From Verrucomicrobiales bacterium (GTDB lineage Bacteria; Verrucomicrobiota; Verrucomicrobiia; Verrucomicrobiales; V1-33), in assembly GCA_031411295.1 (NCBI GenBank), contig JANOAV010000017.1, positions 1 to 19,777 of the forward strand: a DNA stretch of 19,777 nt, read 5' to 3'. The notes beneath the pieces are model-generated. The model saw only the letters and a program-made list of their open reading frames with translations. It searched no databases and was not told the origin of the DNA. The position numbers and the translations under genes were made by a program. The stretch's first letter is position 1. Each line of letters opens with the position of its first letter. Of the stretch, positions 17,625 to 19,777 are shown piece by piece.

Positions 17625-18551
17625 CTACTGGTTACTGATGTCGTTCGAAAAAGCCCAGGAATAGTATTTTCCACCGATAATCAAACGGGCCGAATCAGCT
17701 CCGTAATAGGGGATAAAATACTGTAGGTCCCCACTCGCCGCATCTCTTACCTCGGTGTAACAGCCGAGCACCACCGGGACATTCGTTGCCGTGCCAGTGA
17801 AAGCTATCGTCCCAGACCCAAATCCAACCGAATATTTGGTCGTCGGTGAGGGCGGCGTGATCGTCACTACAGCGCTGTTGAGTTTTAAGAGGTGATCCCC
17901 ACCGGAGGCCGGATACGGACTTCCCAACGTGGGTGGAATTGGGTAAACAGTGCCATCTCTACGCACCAGAAAATCAACTAAGGAAGCATAATATTTGTTT
18001 GGTGGGCGAAATTCCACGCCAGCCTTGCAGAGATCCAGTCGGGAAACTAAACCACAGATTAAGGGAAAAGCCCTGCTCTGGGTTATTTTGTTGGTTGGAA
18101 TTGCCCCAGGCGTGTTAAAAGCCGCGCAACTCTGGATTTGGCAAATTCCGCCATTGGAGCCATACGCCCCGGGTTCGACGTTGATCTTTGCTGTCCTCAG
18201 TCGTAACTCATGGTCCACTACATCAGCCGCAGCCGGGTTCCGGCAAATCAAATTTCCGGTCGCATCCAATTTAAAGGCGAAGCCACTCCCTCCAATAGCA
18301 CAACCATTGTCCAAGTTATAATCCAGCTCGGCTTCGATGTCGAAGGTCAAATTTTGCGATCCTTGAGGAAAAATCCGAACTACTTTCTTCGAGTCGCGCA
18401 GGACCAGGTAGCCCTCATAACCATTGCGCACGACGGTGATTGACTCGGCAGCTTCCTTGTGTGGTTTGCCGCCAGAACTTGGCAAGACACCGTTATTTAT
18501 GCACCCCGATAAAAGGCCTACAACTAGCAATGGGAAGAATAGAGCATTCAT
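17625..18551 (-). CDS. Putative lipoprotein with internal beta-rich repeats
   Basis: MNALFFPLLVVGLLSG-C lipobox; 308 aa; two similar segments (FKLDATGNL...DHELRLRTAKINVEP / FLVRRDGTV...DHLLKLNSAVVTITP). Confidence 0.7.
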   Translation of the reverse strand: MNALFFPLLVVGLLSGCINNGVLPSSGGKPHKEAAESITVVRNGYEGYLVLRDSKKVVRIFPQGSQNLTFDIEAELDYNLDNGCAIGGSGFAFKLDATGNLICRNPAAADVVDHELRLRTAKINVEPGAYGSNGGICQIQSCAAFNTPGAIPTNKITQSRAFPLICGLVSRLDLCKAGVEFRPPNKYYASLVDFLVRRDGTVYPIPPTLGSPYPASGGDHLLKLNSAVVTITPPSPTTKYSVGFGSGTIAFTGTATNVPVVLGCYTEVRDAASGDLQYFIPYYGADSARLIIGGKYYSWAFSNDISNQ

Positions 18552-18703
18552 GGTGAGGACAATTACCGTTAATCTCCCTCAACGTCTAGAAAATTCTCCG
18601 TTCGCCACGTCTTCATCGAAGCCCTGTGAAGGCAAAACGTGCGTTGACAACAAGACAGAAAATAAATCGTAACTAGCTAAACTCACGGCCCCATACTCGC
18701 TCC

Positions 18704-19184
18704 ATGGCTCAGGCGCGACAGACAGTCACTTCGGAACCCACGGCTTATTATGCGAGCACTCGCATGAACCGTGGGGAAATTCTGTTTGGCGGTCTGGAGA
18801 AGGATCGGATGCGGAATCTAACTGGAGCCACGGATGAAATTTGGCGGGATTTCCCGAACAAATATGTCCCGCTGAGGCATGATCTTTCTTGGTTCATGCG
18901 GTTGCTCAAACAGAGGTTCGCGCGGTGGCTCAATGCGTTTCACAAGCCGTTTTGGACCCTGTGGGCGGAGCGTTTTACGAGTGTGATGGTGGAGGGTGCG
19001 GGCGCGGCTGGTTTGTGATCCGAAGGATTATGGGTGGAGCGGCTCTGGGGAAGCGGTGGCTGGCCTTGGCAAGGCGCGGACGGGATTGGCTCGGGCAGTT
19101 TGGGAAGGAGGATTGGGTCGGCTGACGAAAGATGAACTGGCGTGGAAATTCACCCAACAGGCAACGGCTCTGTGGTCGCTCTGA
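18704..19184 (+). pseudogene. Degenerate Y1 (IS200-like / RAYT-type) transposase remnant
   Basis: Frame 1: AYYASTRMNRGEILFG..EK, DLSWFMRLLKQRFARWLN...TLWAERFTSVMVEG; frame 2 from ~18996: VRARLVCDPKDYGWSGSGEAVAG..ARTGL. HUH motif and catalytic-Tyr helix (YIxxNP) are absent; frameshifted. Confidence 0.8.
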
Positions 19185-19243
19185 ATCTGTGGGAAGCTCC
19201 CGATTTTTCCCACAGATTCAGGGAGGACCACAGATGCCAAGGC
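19170..19243. repeat. Long palindromic repeat, copy 1
   Basis: Perfect 15-bp stem CTGAATCTGTGGGAA (19181-19195) / TTCCCACAGATTCAG (19207-19221) plus outer stem CTGTGGTC (19170-19177) / GACCACAG (19226-19233); repeated ~400 bp downstream. Confidence 0.85.
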
Positions 19244-19263
19244 CGATGCCCTGATCCCGCCCG

Positions 19264-19344
19264 CATTCTTTTGTCTCACATTCTCCTGTCCCAAACCGGC
19301 AATGGATTCAGGCATTAGACAACAGAATGTCAGACAAGAGAATC
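19264..19344. repeat. Imperfect 30-bp inverted repeat, each arm a tandem dimer
   Basis: CATTCTTTTGTCTCACATTCTCCTGTCCCA (19264-19293) vs TTAGACAACAGAATGTCAGACAAGAGAATC (19315-19344): 23/30 complementary by my count. Confidence 0.7.
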
Positions 19345-19570
19345 TCCATGGGCTTTTGCTCGTTTCTTTCGGCCAACGAAATTGGTTTTAGCACCACCTG
19401 GTGAAACACTAGGCGTTTGACGGATTAACAGTGGGGCCGGTGCTGAAGGTGAAGCACGGCAGAGCCCAGGGCGTCATTTCCGAGGCGACGGGTGGTGAAC
19501 TTCCCTGGGCGTGGCATAGCGGGATCGGATGCGGTAGGACGGACTTTGGACGGTGAATTGTGATCTTGAT

Positions 19571-19657
19571 CCGCGGTCGCTTTGAATCTGTGGGAAGCGC
19601 CCAATTTTCCCGCAGATTCAGGGAGGACCACAGAGGCCAAGGCTGATCCCTGTGGTC
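19571..19657. repeat. Long palindromic repeat, copy 2
   Basis: TGAATCTGTGGGAA (19583-19596) / TTCCCGCAGATTCA (19607-19620; one G-T pair), then GGAG-GACCACAG (19626-19633) ... CTGTGGTC (19650-19657). About 70 bp shared with copy 1. Confidence 0.85.
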
Positions 19658-19735
19658 TTTGGGTATTGAGTTTTGGAGAAGCCATCCGTCGACCATTGAA
19701 TCCCGAAATCGCTTCCCTTTCGAACCAAGTAAAAT

Positions 19736-19766
19736 TTAACCACAGAGGAACCGAGGACGCAGAGGC
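19736..19766 (+). repeat. Possible CACAGAG-type short dispersed repeat
   Basis: TTAACCACAGAGGAACCGAGGACGCAGAGG: three 9-bp-spaced GAGG units; any partner would lie beyond the window edge. Confidence 0.35.
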
Positions 19767-19777
19767 TGGAAGGGCAG

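Noticed and set aside
19170..19657. CRISPR array
   Set aside because: Only two ~70-bp repeats separated by ~330 bp; no cas genes.

Overview
Bacterial chromosomal window, most likely from the PVC superphylum (Verrucomicrobia-like; inferred from the DUF1501 / planctomycete-cytochrome-c pair and a multi-ATP-cone NrdA). The left ~14 kb is GC-rich core-like DNA: a DUF1501 + PSCyt1/DUF1549/LamG/DUF1553 pair (-), a secreted spherulin-4/GH135-like hydrolase (-), an MBL/beta-CASP nuclease fused to an apparently dead, truncated ATP-dependent DNA ligase (+), an ABC exporter (+) and class I ribonucleotide reductase nrdA (+). The 670-bp nrdA leader carries tandem NrdR boxes and a helically phased DnaA-box array. 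No nrdB follows nrdA within the window. Instead there is a ~5.7-kb accessory patch: a PIN toxin/antitoxin pair with a hidden third ORF broken by a stop, bracketed by related double hairpins; a PD-(D/E)xK-like ORF; an AT-rich GIY-YIG (T5orf172-like) gene; a repeat-containing lipoprotein; a gutted Y1/RAYT-like transposase; and several palindromic repeats. A family of GGAG + 8-bp-stem + 3-nt-loop REP-like hairpins with compensatory changes sits just after several stop codons. All family calls come from motif recognition by eye; no database search was run.
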